DNA from: Actinomycetota bacterium
Lineage (GTDB): Bacteria > Actinomycetota > Acidimicrobiia > Acidimicrobiales > VFJN01
Length of the DNA: 64,000 nucleotides
NCBI GenBank assembly: GCA_049325515.1
Contig: JBMOLI010000011.1
Location: forward strand, 25,022 to 89,021
Direction: 5' to 3'
Positions 28,190 to 38,372 of this stretch are shown in pieces (the stretch's first letter is position 1; each line of letters starts with the position of its first letter). The translations under genes and the position numbers were made by a program. The notes under the pieces are model-generated. The model searched no databases. It saw only the letters and a list, made by a program, of their open reading frames with translations, and had not been told where the DNA came from.

Positions 28190-28921
28190 TCACGGGCGAG
28201 ATGGGTGGACTGAGATGGGTCGATTCCGGCGAAGCACGCACCACGTCCCCGATCCCGCCCTGCTCTCCACACCGGACCACTCCCCCGGCAGCGCCCTCAC
28301 GACGTCGGATGACGGTAGATGGATCGGCGTCTCCGCACCGCTGCTGTTCACCCAGACGACGATGCCGTCGTCGCCAAGCACCCGCGCCACCTCACGCGGG
28401 AACAGGAAGCAGTTGACGAGGACGACCGCATCGACGGCTCCGTCCGCCAGGGGGAGCCGCGCCCCGTCTGCGAGCAAGCGGAACCCCGGCCGGGCCGGCG
28501 CCCGCAGCAGCATCTCGAAGGCGACCTCGACGGCGAGCACGCGCTCCCAGTGCCGCGACAGCAGCGTGGTGTACGCGCCTATCCCGCTCCCCAGCTCGAC
28601 GCAGACGTCGCCTGCGGGTGCGTCTTCGCCCTGGTCGGCCGGTGACCCATCAGCGGGTGCCCGCGCGATCGCTGTGAGCCCGCGGTGGAGCGCATCGGCG
28701 ACGACGGCGTCGCGCTCGGGCGACGTGCGCGTGTGCCACTCGGGCGCGAGAGCGTCGAAGAAGGCAGCCACCTCGCCGCGCGCCGTGTCGTCCCACGGCC
28801 CTGGATGCAAGCCGGCCGCGCGCCTCGTCATGATGCGCATCGGGTGGTCGTCGGAACCGAGGCCCGAGGGCCGGTGCCCTGGGATCTCGGTTGCCGCAAG
28901 CTCGGTGAGGGCGCCCCCCAT
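28190..28921 (-). CDS. class I SAM-dependent methyltransferase
   Basis: Motif [17 protein letters not shown] 28921 shares one base with the folD stop (TGATG), supporting the long start. Confidence 0.75.
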   Translation of the reverse strand: MGGALTELAATEIPGHRPSGLGSDDHPMRIMTRRAAGLHPGPWDDTARGEVAAFFDALAPEWHTRTSPERDAVVADALHRGLTAIARAPADGSPADQGEDAPAGDVCVELGSGIGAYTTLLSRHWERVLAVEVAFEMLLRAPARPGFRLLADGARLPLADGAVDAVVLVNCFLFPREVARVLGDDGIVVWVNSSGAETPIHLPSSDVVRALPGEWSGVESRAGSGTWCVLRRNRPISVHPSRP

Positions 28922-29766
28922 CAGCTGGAGCGGCGCTCAGCGGCCTCGACCAGGTTCCGGAAGAGCATCGCGATCGTGGTGGGGCCCACACCGCCCACGC
29001 GCGGCGTGATCCAGCCGGCCACCTCCTCGCAAGCCTCGTCCACATCGGGCAGGAGCTTGCGCCCCTCGTAGCGGACGCCCGCACCGACCACCACCCCGCC
29101 AGGCCGGATGTGCTCGGGCTGGATCATTCCGGGCACGCCCGCCGCGGCCACGAGGATGTCGGCGCGGCGGGTGTAGTCCGCCCAGCTCGGAACCCCCGTG
29201 TGGACGACCGTGACGGCGGCGTTCGCTGTGGGGCGCTTCTGCGAGAGCAGGATGCTGAGCGGCCGACCGATCGTGACGCCGCGGCCGACGATGACCACAT
29301 CGCGCCCAGCGACGGGCACGCCGTAGTGGGCGAGGATCGCCTCGATCCCTGCCGGCGTGCACGAGACCGGCCCGGGGATGCCGAGCGCGAGCCGGCCGAC
29401 GTTGGTGGGATGCATGCCGTCGACGTCCTTGTCGGGGTCCACCGCCATGAGCACCGCATCGAAGTCGACCTGGGGTGGTGCAGGGTGCTGCACGAGCATG
29501 GCGTCGACCGTCGGGTCGTCGTTGAGGCGCCGCACCGCCTCGATCGCGTCGAGCGTCGTCGCATCTTGCGGCAGGTGCACGTGCGGGCTGTGGCAGCCGA
29601 GCTCCTCGGCCTTGCGCATCTTCATCGCGACATAGCGCGCCGAGGGCTCGTCATCGCCGATGAGGACGGTGGCCAGCCCCGGGACGTGGCCGTTCGCGCG
29701 GAGCTTGTCGATCCTCGGCACGAGGTCAGCGAAGACGGCGTCTGCCACGGGCTGCCCAGCCATCAT
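28921..29766 (-). CDS. folD: bifunctional methylenetetrahydrofolate dehydrogenase/cyclohydrolase
   Basis: [52 protein letters not shown] and [14 protein letters not shown]. Start MMAGQPV at ATG 29766, 8 nt after the purH stop. The ORF-track extension to 30117 overlaps purH. Confidence 0.9.
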   Translation of the reverse strand: MMAGQPVADAVFADLVPRIDKLRANGHVPGLATVLIGDDEPSARYVAMKMRKAEELGCHSPHVHLPQDATTLDAIEAVRRLNDDPTVDAMLVQHPAPPQVDFDAVLMAVDPDKDVDGMHPTNVGRLALGIPGPVSCTPAGIEAILAHYGVPVAGRDVVIVGRGVTIGRPLSILLSQKRPTANAAVTVVHTGVPSWADYTRRADILVAAAGVPGMIQPEHIRPGGVVVGAGVRYEGRKLLPDVDEACEEVAGWITPRVGGVGPTTIAMLFRNLVEAAERRSS

Positions 29767-29774
29767 CACGGCGC

Positions 29775-31313
29775 TCAATGGAGGAAGTGCCTTTCGCCGG
29801 TGAACACCATCGCCAAGCCGAGCTCGTCGGCCCTGAGGATGTTGTCGTCGTCCTTCACCGAACCGCCGGGTTGGATCACGACGGCGACCCCTGCCTCCGC
29901 CGCCGCCTCGATGCCGTCGGGGAAGGGGTAGAAGGCATCGCTGGCGCAGGCGCCCCCCGCCGCACGGCCGGCCGCCTTGGCGGCGGCGATCTGGCCGGCC
30001 TCGACCCGGTTCTGCTGGCCGGCTCCGATGCCCCAGGCCGTGCCGTCCTTGACGAGCACGATCGAGTTGCTCTTGACCCAGCCGACGAGGCGCCACGCCA
30101 GCTCGGTGTCGGCCCACTCGGCGTCGGTCGGCTGGCGCTTGGTGACCACCCTCCAGTCCGACCGGGTGGCAGCGAAGTGGTGGGCGTCCTGCACCAACCA
30201 GGAGCCCGTGAGCTGGCGGATCTGGTGGGCGTCAGGCGTGGGAGGCACAGCCGTGAGCAGGCGGGTGTTCTTGCGCTTCTTGGCCAGCGCGTCGATGACC
30301 CCGGGCCCGTAGCCCGGCGCGATCACGACGTCGGCCTGTGCCGCTGCCACCATCCGCTCGACGGTGTCGTGGTCGACGGGGTGCGACAGGGCGACGATGC
30401 CGCCGAAGGCCGACCTCTCGTCACACTCGAAGGCCCGCTGGTAGGCCTCGTCGAGCGTGTCTGCCACCGCGGCGCCACACGGGTTGGCGTGCTTGATGAT
30501 CGCGACGGCGGGCTTGCCGATGGTGGCGGCCAGGTCGTTGGCCAGGCCCCAGGCAGCGTCGGCGTCGAAGAGGTTGAGGTAGCTGAGCGCCATTCCGCCG
30601 TGCTGCTCGACGCTGTCCCACCAGGATCTGGTGCCGATCGAGCGGTAGCGCGCTCCGGTCTGGTGAGGGTTCTCGCCGTAGCGAAGATCCTGCACGCGCT
30701 CCAGCGCGAGGTGGATCGTCGGAGGCAGCGGATCAGCGGCCACGTCGTCGAACCAGGCCACGATCGACGCGTCGTACGCGGCGGTGTGAGCGAACGCCTT
30801 GCGCGCCAGCGCCACCTTCGTCGCGTCGGAGAGGACGCCCTCGGCCTTCAGCTCCTCGATGACCGTTGCGTAGTCGGACGGGTGGGTGAGGATGCCGACG
30901 TCCTTGAAGTTCTTGGCGGCCGCCCGGATCATGGCGGGGCCTCCGATGTCGATCAGCTCCTCTGCTCGGGTCGCGCCGTGCTCGAAGCTGGCTGTGTCGG
31001 CACCGAACGGATAGAGGTTCGACACGACGAGGTCGATCGGGTCGATCCCGTAGGTGCTCATGTCGGCCTGGTGGTCGGGGTTGCGGCGGTCGGCGAGGAT
31101 CCCGCCGTGGACCTTGGGGTGCAGCGTGACCACGCGGTGGCCGAGGATGGCGGGAAAGCCGGTCAGATCTGCGATGTCGGTGACGGCGAGGTTGGCATCG
31201 CGCAACGCTGCCGCCGTTCCGCCGCTCGAGATGATGTCCCAACCGAGCCCCCGCAGCTCGCGCGCCAGCTCGACGACACCGGACTTGTCGTACACGGAGA
31301 TCAGCGCCCTCAT
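29775..31313 (-). CDS. purH: bifunctional AICAR formyltransferase/IMP cyclohydrolase
   Basis: [20 protein letters not shown] ... [11 protein letters not shown] ... GAGQQNRV ... FFPFPDG-type motifs ([10 protein letters not shown]). Confidence 0.95.
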   Translation of the reverse strand: MRALISVYDKSGVVELARELRGLGWDIISSGGTAAALRDANLAVTDIADLTGFPAILGHRVVTLHPKVHGGILADRRNPDHQADMSTYGIDPIDLVVSNLYPFGADTASFEHGATRAEELIDIGGPAMIRAAAKNFKDVGILTHPSDYATVIEELKAEGVLSDATKVALARKAFAHTAAYDASIVAWFDDVAADPLPPTIHLALERVQDLRYGENPHQTGARYRSIGTRSWWDSVEQHGGMALSYLNLFDADAAWGLANDLAATIGKPAVAIIKHANPCGAAVADTLDEAYQRAFECDERSAFGGIVALSHPVDHDTVERMVAAAQADVVIAPGYGPGVIDALAKKRKNTRLLTAVPPTPDAHQIRQLTGSWLVQDAHHFAATRSDWRVVTKRQPTDAEWADTELAWRLVGWVKSNSIVLVKDGTAWGIGAGQQNRVEAGQIAAAKAAGRAAGGACASDAFYPFPDGIEAAAEAGVAVVIQPGGSVKDDDNILRADELGLAMVFTGERHFLH

Positions 31314-31894
31314 CAGCTGTGCGGTTCCTTCTTCAGGATCGTGGGGTCGGCCAGGACCGCCCGAATGGTCTCGGGATAGAGGCGGCGCTCGACCGCCTTG
31401 ATGCGCTCGTGCAGCGACGCCTCATCATCACCCTCGAGGACGGGCACCGCCTCTTGCGCCAGGATCGGGCCGGCGTCGACCTCCAGCGTGGCCACGTGGA
31501 TGGTGCACCCCGTGACCTTGACGCCGTACGCCAAGGCCTCGCGGACCGCGTGCCAGCCCTTGAAGGCCGGCAGGAGGGCGGGATGGGTGTTGAGGATCCG
31601 GTTCTCGAACGCCTCGTGGATGGGCTGGTCGAAGACCGTCCCGAAGCCAGCCATCACGATGAGGTCGATCTCCTCTCCGAGCAGGATGTCGACCACCTCG
31701 TTGGTGTAGGCGAGCCGGTCGAAGTCCGGCCCGTAGCCAGACCGCTCGACCAGGCGGGCCGGCACGCCTTGCGCCTGCGCCACCTCGATCGCGCGCGAAG
31801 GACGATCCACCAGCACGAGAGACACGGGGATGCCGTCGGCAAGGATGGCCTCCAGCAGGGTCCCGCTGCCCGAGGCGAGGACGGCGATGCGCAC
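31313..31894 (-). CDS. purN: phosphoribosylglycinamide formyltransferase
   Basis: MRIAVLASGSGTLLEAIL and ILNTHPALLPAFKG, with the catalytic His/Asp context. The stop overlaps the purH ATG by one base. Confidence 0.9.
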   Translation of the reverse strand: MRIAVLASGSGTLLEAILADGIPVSLVLVDRPSRAIEVAQAQGVPARLVERSGYGPDFDRLAYTNEVVDILLGEEIDLIVMAGFGTVFDQPIHEAFENRILNTHPALLPAFKGWHAVREALAYGVKVTGCTIHVATLEVDAGPILAQEAVPVLEGDDEASLHERIKAVERRLYPETIRAVLADPTILKKEPHS

Positions 31895-32016
31895 GCTGCG
31901 AACGTACCAGCCGCCCAGTGGCGCGATTCTCGGCCGTTGCGACGGTCCTTCGTGGCCGCGAGGCGGTGCGTTACCGTCGTAGCGCTCCCAACATCCAGAC
32001 TCTGGAGGCGGACCCC

Positions 32017-32493
32017 GTGGATCTCAACAAGCTCACGACAAGCGACAAGATCATCGCCGGCTCCGGCATCGTCCTCTTCATCGCCTACTTCCTCCCTTGG
32101 TTCGAGGCTGACGCGGGAATCGTGTCGGTGACGGCTAGCGGTGGCGATGTTGGGTTCTTCTGGGCCACCCTCCCGATGCTCATCGGCTTGGTGCTGGCGG
32201 CCGCCGTCATCGCCAACAAGCTCTTCGACGTGAAGCTGCCCGACCTACCGGTGCCGTGGGGGCAGGCCTTTCTGGGGGCAGGTGCGCTGGCAGCACTCCT
32301 GGTGGTGCTCAAGCTGATCATCGGTGAGGATGCTGACGGGGCAGAGGCCTTCGGCATCGACATCAGCAGGTCGTTCGGAATATTCCTGGCGGCGCTGGCG
32401 GCCATCGGTCTGGCAGTCGGCGGGTACCTGAAGATGCAGGAGGGCGACAGCGGGTCCTCGGCAGGCGATGGGCCGGGCAGCGCTCCGTTCTGA
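32017..32493 (+). CDS. hypothetical integral membrane protein
   Basis: GTG 32017 sits 8 nt after GGAGG (32004-32008). Four hydrophobic helices (IIAGSGIVLFIAYFL, WATLPMLIGLVLAAAVIA, AFLGAGALAALLVVL, FGIFLAALAAIGLAVGG). The ORF-track start is 31918. Confidence 0.6.
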   Translation: MDLNKLTTSDKIIAGSGIVLFIAYFLPWFEADAGIVSVTASGGDVGFFWATLPMLIGLVLAAAVIANKLFDVKLPDLPVPWGQAFLGAGALAALLVVLKLIIGEDADGAEAFGIDISRSFGIFLAALAAIGLAVGGYLKMQEGDSGSSAGDGPGSAPF

Positions 32494-32515
32494 CCCCCTA
32501 GTCCACCAGTTTTCC

Positions 32516-32546
32516 GCTAGGGCCTCGGTTCAGCCGGGGCCCTAGC
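32516..32546 (+). terminator. stem-loop downstream of 32017-32493
   Basis: GCTAGGGCC (32516-32524) pairs with GGCCCTAGC (32538-32546) around a 13-nt loop, 23 nt after the stop. No U-tract. Confidence 0.35.
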
Positions 32547-32596
32547 CGCGCCCGGGGTCCGCGACGCCGCGCGAGGCCGGTCGTACCTTCTCGGTC

Positions 32597-33862
32597 ATGA
32601 CCGAACCGCTGGGGGAGCCTCAGGCCACGTCCTTCGTCGACTCGCTCGGGCCGCGCGGCCTGCGCCGTGCCGAACCGCGAGCATCGATCGCCATCGCCGG
32701 GGCTGGCTGCGCGCTGGCGATCATCGGGGTGATGATCGTGGCCGGCGACACCGGTGCGGGCGACGACGACTTCAACAAGGTTCCCGGCATCGTCCTGTCA
32801 GCTCTCGTCGTGGGAGCGGGCTTCTTCACGCTGCGCGCCGTCCGCCAGGGACCTCTGGCCACCGCTGGGGCTGCAGCGGCCGCCCTCGGCGTGCCGCCCC
32901 TGATGTTCTTCATCACCTTCGACCTCGACAGCCTGCCGCCGTACTCGACCGAGGGCATCCTGATCGTGTCCACCGGGGTCTGGCTGGCGACCTACGCGGT
33001 GGGTCCGGGTCGGGGCCGACCCTTCTTCCTCGGAGCCGGCCTGATCGGGCTCTGGTTCTCCCTGCTCCAGCTCACCGAGAAGGTGTTCGACGCACCCTTC
33101 GGCGTGATGGGCATGTTCGGTGGGTTCTCGGCGTACGACAGCTACAACAGCGAGGACTTCACCATCGAGGGCGACGGCTTCGACAGCGGCTTCGAGACGG
33201 GGGGCACTGACGGCTTCGACACGGGTGGCTTCGAGGACGGCGGCTTCAGCACCGACGGCTTCGACAGCGGAGGGTTCGACGGCGGAGAGTTCTCCTTCGA
33301 CGTCCCCGACCCGACCACGATCGGCGTGCTATCGCTTGCGCTCGGCGTCGGCTACCTCGTCGTGTGCCGCTGGCTCGACCGGCGTGGACACCACGGCGCC
33401 GGCACACCGTTCGCGTTCGCGGCGCTTCCCACCCTGTACACAGGAATCGCGGCCATGGCCGACGACCTCGAGCAGGCGGGCACCGGGTTGCTCTTGGTCG
33501 TGGTCGGCGGTGCGCTGGCGCTGCACGGCGCGTCGGTCGGGCGCCGGATCACCGCCTGGGTCGGAGGCGCAGCAGCGGCCTCGGGCACAGCCGAGTTCCT
33601 GTCCGACATGACCGACGACGCAACCATCGCCGGCATGCTGTTCATGGCCGCCGGGCTCGCGCTGGTGGCAGCCGCGCACGCGCTGGCAGCGGCGATCGAG
33701 GAGCCCGACGAGATGGCCGTGACTGCGGTGGCTGTCCTGGTCGGCGGCGCAGGCTCGATCCCTGCAGCTCCGCCTCCCCCACCGGATGAATCAGAGACCA
33801 GCCAGTGGGCACCGCCCCCGGAAGACCCGTCCGCCCCGCCGGAGCCACCGCCTCCGGCGTGA
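32597..33862 (+). CDS. hypothetical multi-pass membrane protein with an acidic Gly/Phe/Asp repeat loop and Pro-rich tail
   Basis: Several TM helices flank GFDSGFETGGTDGFDTGGFEDGGFSTDGFDSGGFDGGEFSFD. The C-terminus is PAAPPPPPDESETSQWAPPPEDPSAPPEPPPPA. Confidence 0.65.
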   Translation: MTEPLGEPQATSFVDSLGPRGLRRAEPRASIAIAGAGCALAIIGVMIVAGDTGAGDDDFNKVPGIVLSALVVGAGFFTLRAVRQGPLATAGAAAAALGVPPLMFFITFDLDSLPPYSTEGILIVSTGVWLATYAVGPGRGRPFFLGAGLIGLWFSLLQLTEKVFDAPFGVMGMFGGFSAYDSYNSEDFTIEGDGFDSGFETGGTDGFDTGGFEDGGFSTDGFDSGGFDGGEFSFDVPDPTTIGVLSLALGVGYLVVCRWLDRRGHHGAGTPFAFAALPTLYTGIAAMADDLEQAGTGLLLVVVGGALALHGASVGRRITAWVGGAAAASGTAEFLSDMTDDATIAGMLFMAAGLALVAAAHALAAAIEEPDEMAVTAVAVLVGGAGSIPAAPPPPPDESETSQWAPPPEDPSAPPEPPPPA

Positions 33863-33882
33863 CTCGGGGCGGGCACGTCGCC

Positions 33883-34030
33883 GTCCGGACTCGTGCGCCA
33901 ACCGGCACTCGTGCGCAAACCCGCCGTCATCGCCGGCTCACGCACGAGCTCGCTACCGCCCGAACGTCCGGACTCGTGCGCCAACCGGCACTCGTGCGCA
34001 AACCCGCCGTCACCGCTGGCTCACGCACGA
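33883..34030. repeat. two tandem 65-nt direct repeats (83-nt period) filling a convergent intergenic region
   Basis: 33883-33947 and 33966-34030 are identical at 63 of 65 positions (GTCCGGACTCGTGCGCCAACCGGCACTCGTGCGCAAACCCGCCGTCAYCGCYGGCTCACGCACGA). Each unit holds CTCGTGCG twice in direct orientation and its complement CGCACGA(G) once. Confidence 0.85.
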
Positions 34031-34056
34031 CTTCACCGGAGGACCGGGGCGGGCGG

Positions 34057-35151
34057 TCAGGCCAGAGGCGGGTCTACGCAGCCCGAAGCGCCGCCGCCGC
34101 CACCCGCCGGAGCGGTGCGCGGGTAGGGCTCGACGAACCCCGAGCCGGGGTCGTCGGTGGTGACGTATCGCAAGATGGCTTGCGTGAAGGCCTTCGCCTC
34201 CGTCGCCTGGAACGCCGGGTCGACGAGCAGCGCCTCCTCGGGCGGGTTGGAGATGAAGGCGGCCTCGGACAGCACCGCCGGGATGCCCGCCGTCCGGTTG
34301 AGGATGCCGTAGTAGTCGCCGCCGTCGTCACGCTTGCGGTACTTGGCCCCGGCGTCTCGATCCGCAACCCAGTCGACGTCGTAAGCGGAGAAGGCGCTGA
34401 ACAGCTCCTCGTAGACGAGGCCCGACAAGCGCTTCGAGTCGGCTGAGGCGACCTGGTAGTAGGTCTCCGCTCCGGGTGTGGGGCGGTGCTCGTCGGGCTC
34501 GGCGTTGTGGTGGATCGAGATGAACACGGCCGGCCGCAGCGCCTGGGCGATCGCCGCCCGGCTGGCGAGCGTGATCCGGTAGTCGCCGGTGCGCGTCAGC
34601 ACGACTGTGGCGCCCTGGGCTTCGAGCTGGCGCTTGGTCTCGAGCGCGATCGCGAGGTTGACAGCCTTCTCGGTGGTGCCGGCTGGGCCCACGGCCCCCG
34701 GTTCGCCGCCTCCGTGGCCAGGGTCGAGCACCACTGTGGCGCCAGTGAGCGGGGCGCCGGACACGGTGACCTCGTTGCCGCACGGCGACCGCGCCACGAA
34801 GCGACCGTCGGCCGACTGGGACAGCACCGCCAGCACCACGCCGTTAGGGGTCGTGACGGCGCGGGGCACACCGTCGGTGGGGATAGCCGGCCAGGCGACA
34901 AGCGGCTCGGTGGTCGTGGGCGCGGCTGTCGTGGTGGTCGTCGGCGCCGTCGTCGTCGAGGGCGTAGCTGACGTCGCAGTGGTGGTAGTGGCGACGAGAT
35001 CGGCGCTCTCGTCAGACCCCGAGCGGACAGCGACCACCGCCAGTGCACTCACCAGGAGCGCGGCAACGACGATCCCCAGACCCCGGACGCGTGCAGTCAC
35101 GACCACCACCTTCGCGCGCGGTCGGTCGTGCCAGGCCGCGGGCGGCGGCAC
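34057..35151 (-). CDS. N-acetylmuramoyl-L-alanine amidase (Amidase_3 family), membrane anchored
   Basis: VVLDPGHGGGEPGAVG ... FISIHHNA ... EAAFISNP zinc-amidase motifs, an N-terminal TM helix and a Thr/Pro linker. Start uncertain. Confidence 0.85.
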   Translation of the reverse strand: MPPPAAWHDRPRAKVVVVTARVRGLGIVVAALLVSALAVVAVRSGSDESADLVATTTTATSATPSTTTAPTTTTTAAPTTTEPLVAWPAIPTDGVPRAVTTPNGVVLAVLSQSADGRFVARSPCGNEVTVSGAPLTGATVVLDPGHGGGEPGAVGPAGTTEKAVNLAIALETKRQLEAQGATVVLTRTGDYRITLASRAAIAQALRPAVFISIHHNAEPDEHRPTPGAETYYQVASADSKRLSGLVYEELFSAFSAYDVDWVADRDAGAKYRKRDDGGDYYGILNRTAGIPAVLSEAAFISNPPEEALLVDPAFQATEAKAFTQAILRYVTTDDPGSGFVEPYPRTAPAGGGGGASGCVDPPLA

Positions 35152-35166
35152 GCCGTTCGCAGCGAT

Positions 35167-36063
35167 CTAGAGCTGGCTGACGACCTCGACCATCAGGGTG
35201 CCGGCCTCGGTGGGGTTCTGGCCCACCCGCACGCCTGCGGCCTGGAGCGCTTCCTGCTTGGCGGCGGCCGTGCCCTTGCCGCCCGAGACGATGGCGCCGG
35301 CGTGACCCATCTTCTTGCCGGGAGGAGCTGTCACCCCGGCGATGTAGGAGACGACGGGCTTGGTCATCTTGTCCGCGATGAAGGCAGCTGCCTCCTCTTC
35401 GGCCGAGCCGCCGATCTCGCCGATCATCATCACAGCGCGCGTGTCGGGATCGGCCTCGAACGCCTGCAGGCAGTCGATGAAGCTGGTGCCGGGCACAGGG
35501 TCGCCGCCGATGCCGACGCAGGTGGTGACTCCGATGTCGTTCAGCTTGAGCTCGTAGAGGGCCTGGTAGGTGAGCGTGCCCGACCTGCTCACGATCCCCA
35601 CGCTCGGCTTGCCCTTCACGGGTGCCTTCGCGATGTGGCCCGCCGTGATCCCGATGTTGCAGCGACCCGGGCTGATGATGCCGGGGCAGTTGGGGCCGAG
35701 CAGCTGAACCCCGGGGAAGTCGCGCTTGAGCTTGTTGAAGAACCACGCCTCGTCCTGCGCGGGCACTCCCTCGGTGATGGCGACGATGAAGGTCACCCCA
35801 CCCTCGGCCGCCTCGATGACAGCGTCCTTCACGCCCGGGGCCGGGATGAAGATGCACGATGCGGTCGCGCCAGTGGCCTCGACCGCATCGGCGACGGTGG
35901 CGTAGACGGGTATGCCGTCCACATCGGTGCCGGCCTTCTTGGGGTTGGTGCCGGCCACGACCTGGGTGCCGTAGTCCCGGTTGAGCAGGCCGTAGAACTT
36001 GCCCTGCGAACCCGTGAGGCCCTGGTAGACGACCTTGGTCGTCTCGTCGACGAAGATTGCCAT
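35167..36063 (-). CDS. sucD: succinate--CoA ligase subunit alpha
   Basis: [21 protein letters not shown], the SRSGTLTYQ phosphohistidine loop region and [11 protein letters not shown] 36063 lies 13 nt after the sucC stop. The ORF-track extension to 36231 overlaps sucC. Confidence 0.95.
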   Translation of the reverse strand: MAIFVDETTKVVYQGLTGSQGKFYGLLNRDYGTQVVAGTNPKKAGTDVDGIPVYATVADAVEATGATASCIFIPAPGVKDAVIEAAEGGVTFIVAITEGVPAQDEAWFFNKLKRDFPGVQLLGPNCPGIISPGRCNIGITAGHIAKAPVKGKPSVGIVSRSGTLTYQALYELKLNDIGVTTCVGIGGDPVPGTSFIDCLQAFEADPDTRAVMMIGEIGGSAEEEAAAFIADKMTKPVVSYIAGVTAPPGKKMGHAGAIVSGGKGTAAAKQEALQAAGVRVGQNPTEAGTLMVEVVSQL

Positions 36064-36076
36064 GACGCTGTCCTCT

Positions 36077-37219
36077 CTACTTCCCGGCCAGCGCGACTGC
36101 GGTCTCTGCAGCCTCGACCATCGTGGGGGCCATCTGGAGCTTGTCCGACAGGTGGGGCTCGAGGATCGCCCGACCCTCGTCGGCGTTGGTGCCGTCGAGG
36201 CGGATGACGATGGGCACGTCGATCTGCACACGTCCCATCGCTGTGACGATCCCGTTGGCCACCTCGTCGCCCTTGGTGATCCCGCCGAAGATGTTGATGA
36301 AGATCGACTTCACCTTCGGATCGTTGTTGATCACCTCGAGCGCACCAGCCATCACGTCGGCGTTGGCGCCACCGCCGATGTCGAGGAAGTTGGCTGGCTT
36401 GCCGCCGACTTGGCTGACGATGTCGACGGTGCTCATCGCAAGGCCGGCGCCGTTGGCGATGATGCCCACGCTGCCGTCCAAGCCGACGTACTGGAGCCCC
36501 TTGTCGTGTGCAGCCTGCTCGCGCTCGTCACGCACCTGCGTCGCTTCGTACTGCACGTAGTCGGGGTGGCGGAAGGTGGAGTTGCCGTCGAGCGTGACCT
36601 TGGCGTCGAGGGCGTGCACCTCGCCGGACGGCTTCAGGATCAGCGGGTTGATCTCCGTCAGGTCGGCGTCGCCCACGGTGTAGGCGGTGTAGAGCTTGCA
36701 GAGGATGTCGACAGCGCCCTCGGTGGCGTCGGGGTTGAGCTTGGCCTCCTGCACCCAGGCTCGTGCAGCCTCCTCGGTGAGCCCGTCGACAGGGTCGATC
36801 CAGATCTTGGCGATCGCATCAGGATCGGACTCGGCGACCGCTTCGATCTCCACGCCGCCCTGGGCCGAGAGCATGCCGAGGTGCTTCTTGGCTGAGCGGT
36901 CGAGCGTGAAGCTGGCGTAGTACTCCTCGGCGATGTCGGAGGCGAGCTCGATCCAGAGCACTTCGACCGTGTGACCCTTGATGTCCATGCCGAGGATGTT
37001 CGACGCGTGCGTGCGTGTCTCCGCCGCGTTGTTCGCCAGCTTGATCCCGCCCGCCTTGCCGCGGCCGCCGACCTGGACCTGGGCCTTCACCACGACGGGG
37101 AACCCGATGCGCTCGGCCACCGCGACCGCGTCATCGACGGTCGTGACCGCCTCTCCGGGCGACACAGGGATCCCGTAGCTCGCGAAGAACTGCTTGCCCT
37201 GGTACTCGTAGAGGTCCAT
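36077..37219 (-). CDS. sucC: ADP-forming succinate--CoA ligase subunit beta
   Basis: MDLYEYQGKQFFASYGIPV, VVKAQVQVGGRGKAGG and NIFGGITKGDEVA. Confidence 0.95.
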   Translation of the reverse strand: MDLYEYQGKQFFASYGIPVSPGEAVTTVDDAVAVAERIGFPVVVKAQVQVGGRGKAGGIKLANNAAETRTHASNILGMDIKGHTVEVLWIELASDIAEEYYASFTLDRSAKKHLGMLSAQGGVEIEAVAESDPDAIAKIWIDPVDGLTEEAARAWVQEAKLNPDATEGAVDILCKLYTAYTVGDADLTEINPLILKPSGEVHALDAKVTLDGNSTFRHPDYVQYEATQVRDEREQAAHDKGLQYVGLDGSVGIIANGAGLAMSTVDIVSQVGGKPANFLDIGGGANADVMAGALEVINNDPKVKSIFINIFGGITKGDEVANGIVTAMGRVQIDVPIVIRLDGTNADEGRAILEPHLSDKLQMAPTMVEAAETAVALAGK

Positions 37220-37282
37220 GTGCTGCTCCTGGCCGTCGGCGCCACTCGGTTTCCGACGTCGGGTCGGGTCGGCCGATACTAG

Positions 37283-37810
37283 GTGTGTGCCGCTGATCCA
37301 CCGCCAGTCCGCAGGCCAGGGCTAGTGCCCGTCGCACAGAGCCGGGGGCATGCCGGCAAGGCGCTGCTCGTGGCGGCAGTCGGCGTTGCCGTCGCCATGG
37401 GCCTGGCCTTCCTCGTCGCCCAGGCCGCCAGCCGCGGTGACATCGAGATCAACCTCGGGGATGACCGCTTCTCGGCCGGACAGGTCGAGAACATCGCTGA
37501 CGCGATCGCCGACGACGACGGGCTGCCGCTGCTCTTCCAGGATCCGGTCGGCGGCGGCCGACACCTCTACGTTCAGCACCTCGACGACAACCCTCGACGT
37601 GGATGGGTGGCCTTCGGCGCCTTCGATCCGGACGATCCCGAGTGCGTCGTGCAGATCGACCGTTCGGAGAAGGTCCTCGTGAACACCTGCGACGAGTCGG
37701 TCACCTATCCGCTCGACGGAACCGGGCTCCGCTTCTACCCGACCTCTGTCGAGGGAGGTCGGCTCTACGTGGACATCAACGAGCTCTCGACGACGACGAC
37801 CGCCGATTGA
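37283..37810 (+). CDS. hypothetical membrane-anchored/secreted protein
   Basis: One N-terminal hydrophobic helix (ALLVAAVGVAVAMGLAFLVAQA) followed by a soluble domain. High GC3. Start uncertain; no family recognised. Confidence 0.55.
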   Translation: MCAADPPPVRRPGLVPVAQSRGHAGKALLVAAVGVAVAMGLAFLVAQAASRGDIEINLGDDRFSAGQVENIADAIADDDGLPLLFQDPVGGGRHLYVQHLDDNPRRGWVAFGAFDPDDPECVVQIDRSEKVLVNTCDESVTYPLDGTGLRFYPTSVEGGRLYVDINELSTTTTAD

Positions 37811-37825
37811 GGAGCTGACCGCGGG

Positions 37826-38269
37826 TCAGAGGGTCGGTGCTTCTAGCCGGCTGGTGAGCCCGTCGAGGATCCGCCGGACGGTCGCTGTCGTGAGCTCACG
37901 TTCGTGCTGCACGGGCAGCGACACGAGCAGCTCGGTGATCGGGTCGTCGCCGGATTGCACGACGAGCAGTGAGATGGTCGCCGTGCCGTCGCGCACGTCT
38001 CCCGAAGGGCCACGAACCCGCCAGCAGACCGCCACCCTCAAGTTGCCAGACGATGCCCACAGAGTCGGCTCAGCGTGCACGCTCACAAGCTCGTCGGCGG
38101 CCGCGAGCACGTCCTGGATCGTCGCCGCCAGCACCGCATCGGCTCCGGGATCGGTGAAGAAGGAGACGACGTCGTCCATCGATAGGTCGATGTAGGCGCT
38201 CAAGGCCGCGGTCGAACCAGCCTCGACCTGCGCCTCGCGCTCATCGACAGCGGGGTTGTCGAGAACCAC
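37826..38269 (-). CDS. hypothetical protein
   Basis: A 147-codon high-GC3 frame, convergent with 37283-37810. No motif recognised. Confidence 0.5.
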   Translation of the reverse strand: MVLDNPAVDEREAQVEAGSTAALSAYIDLSMDDVVSFFTDPGADAVLAATIQDVLAAADELVSVHAEPTLWASSGNLRVAVCWRVRGPSGDVRDGTATISLLVVQSGDDPITELLVSLPVQHERELTTATVRRILDGLTSRLEAPTL

Positions 38270-38372
38270 CCTGCACCTCCAATGCTGGCAGCCTCAGCCT
38301 GCGCCGCCGTCGGCCGCCCGGTCCAGGGGCGAAGGTCCCGAAGATGACTGCGGGCGCGAGCGGTTCGCCAGG

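Noticed and set aside
33883-34030. Possible CRISPR array
   Set aside because: There are only two repeat units, separated by 18 nt rather than a spacer-sized unique segment. The units are 65 nt long, and there are no cas genes in the window.
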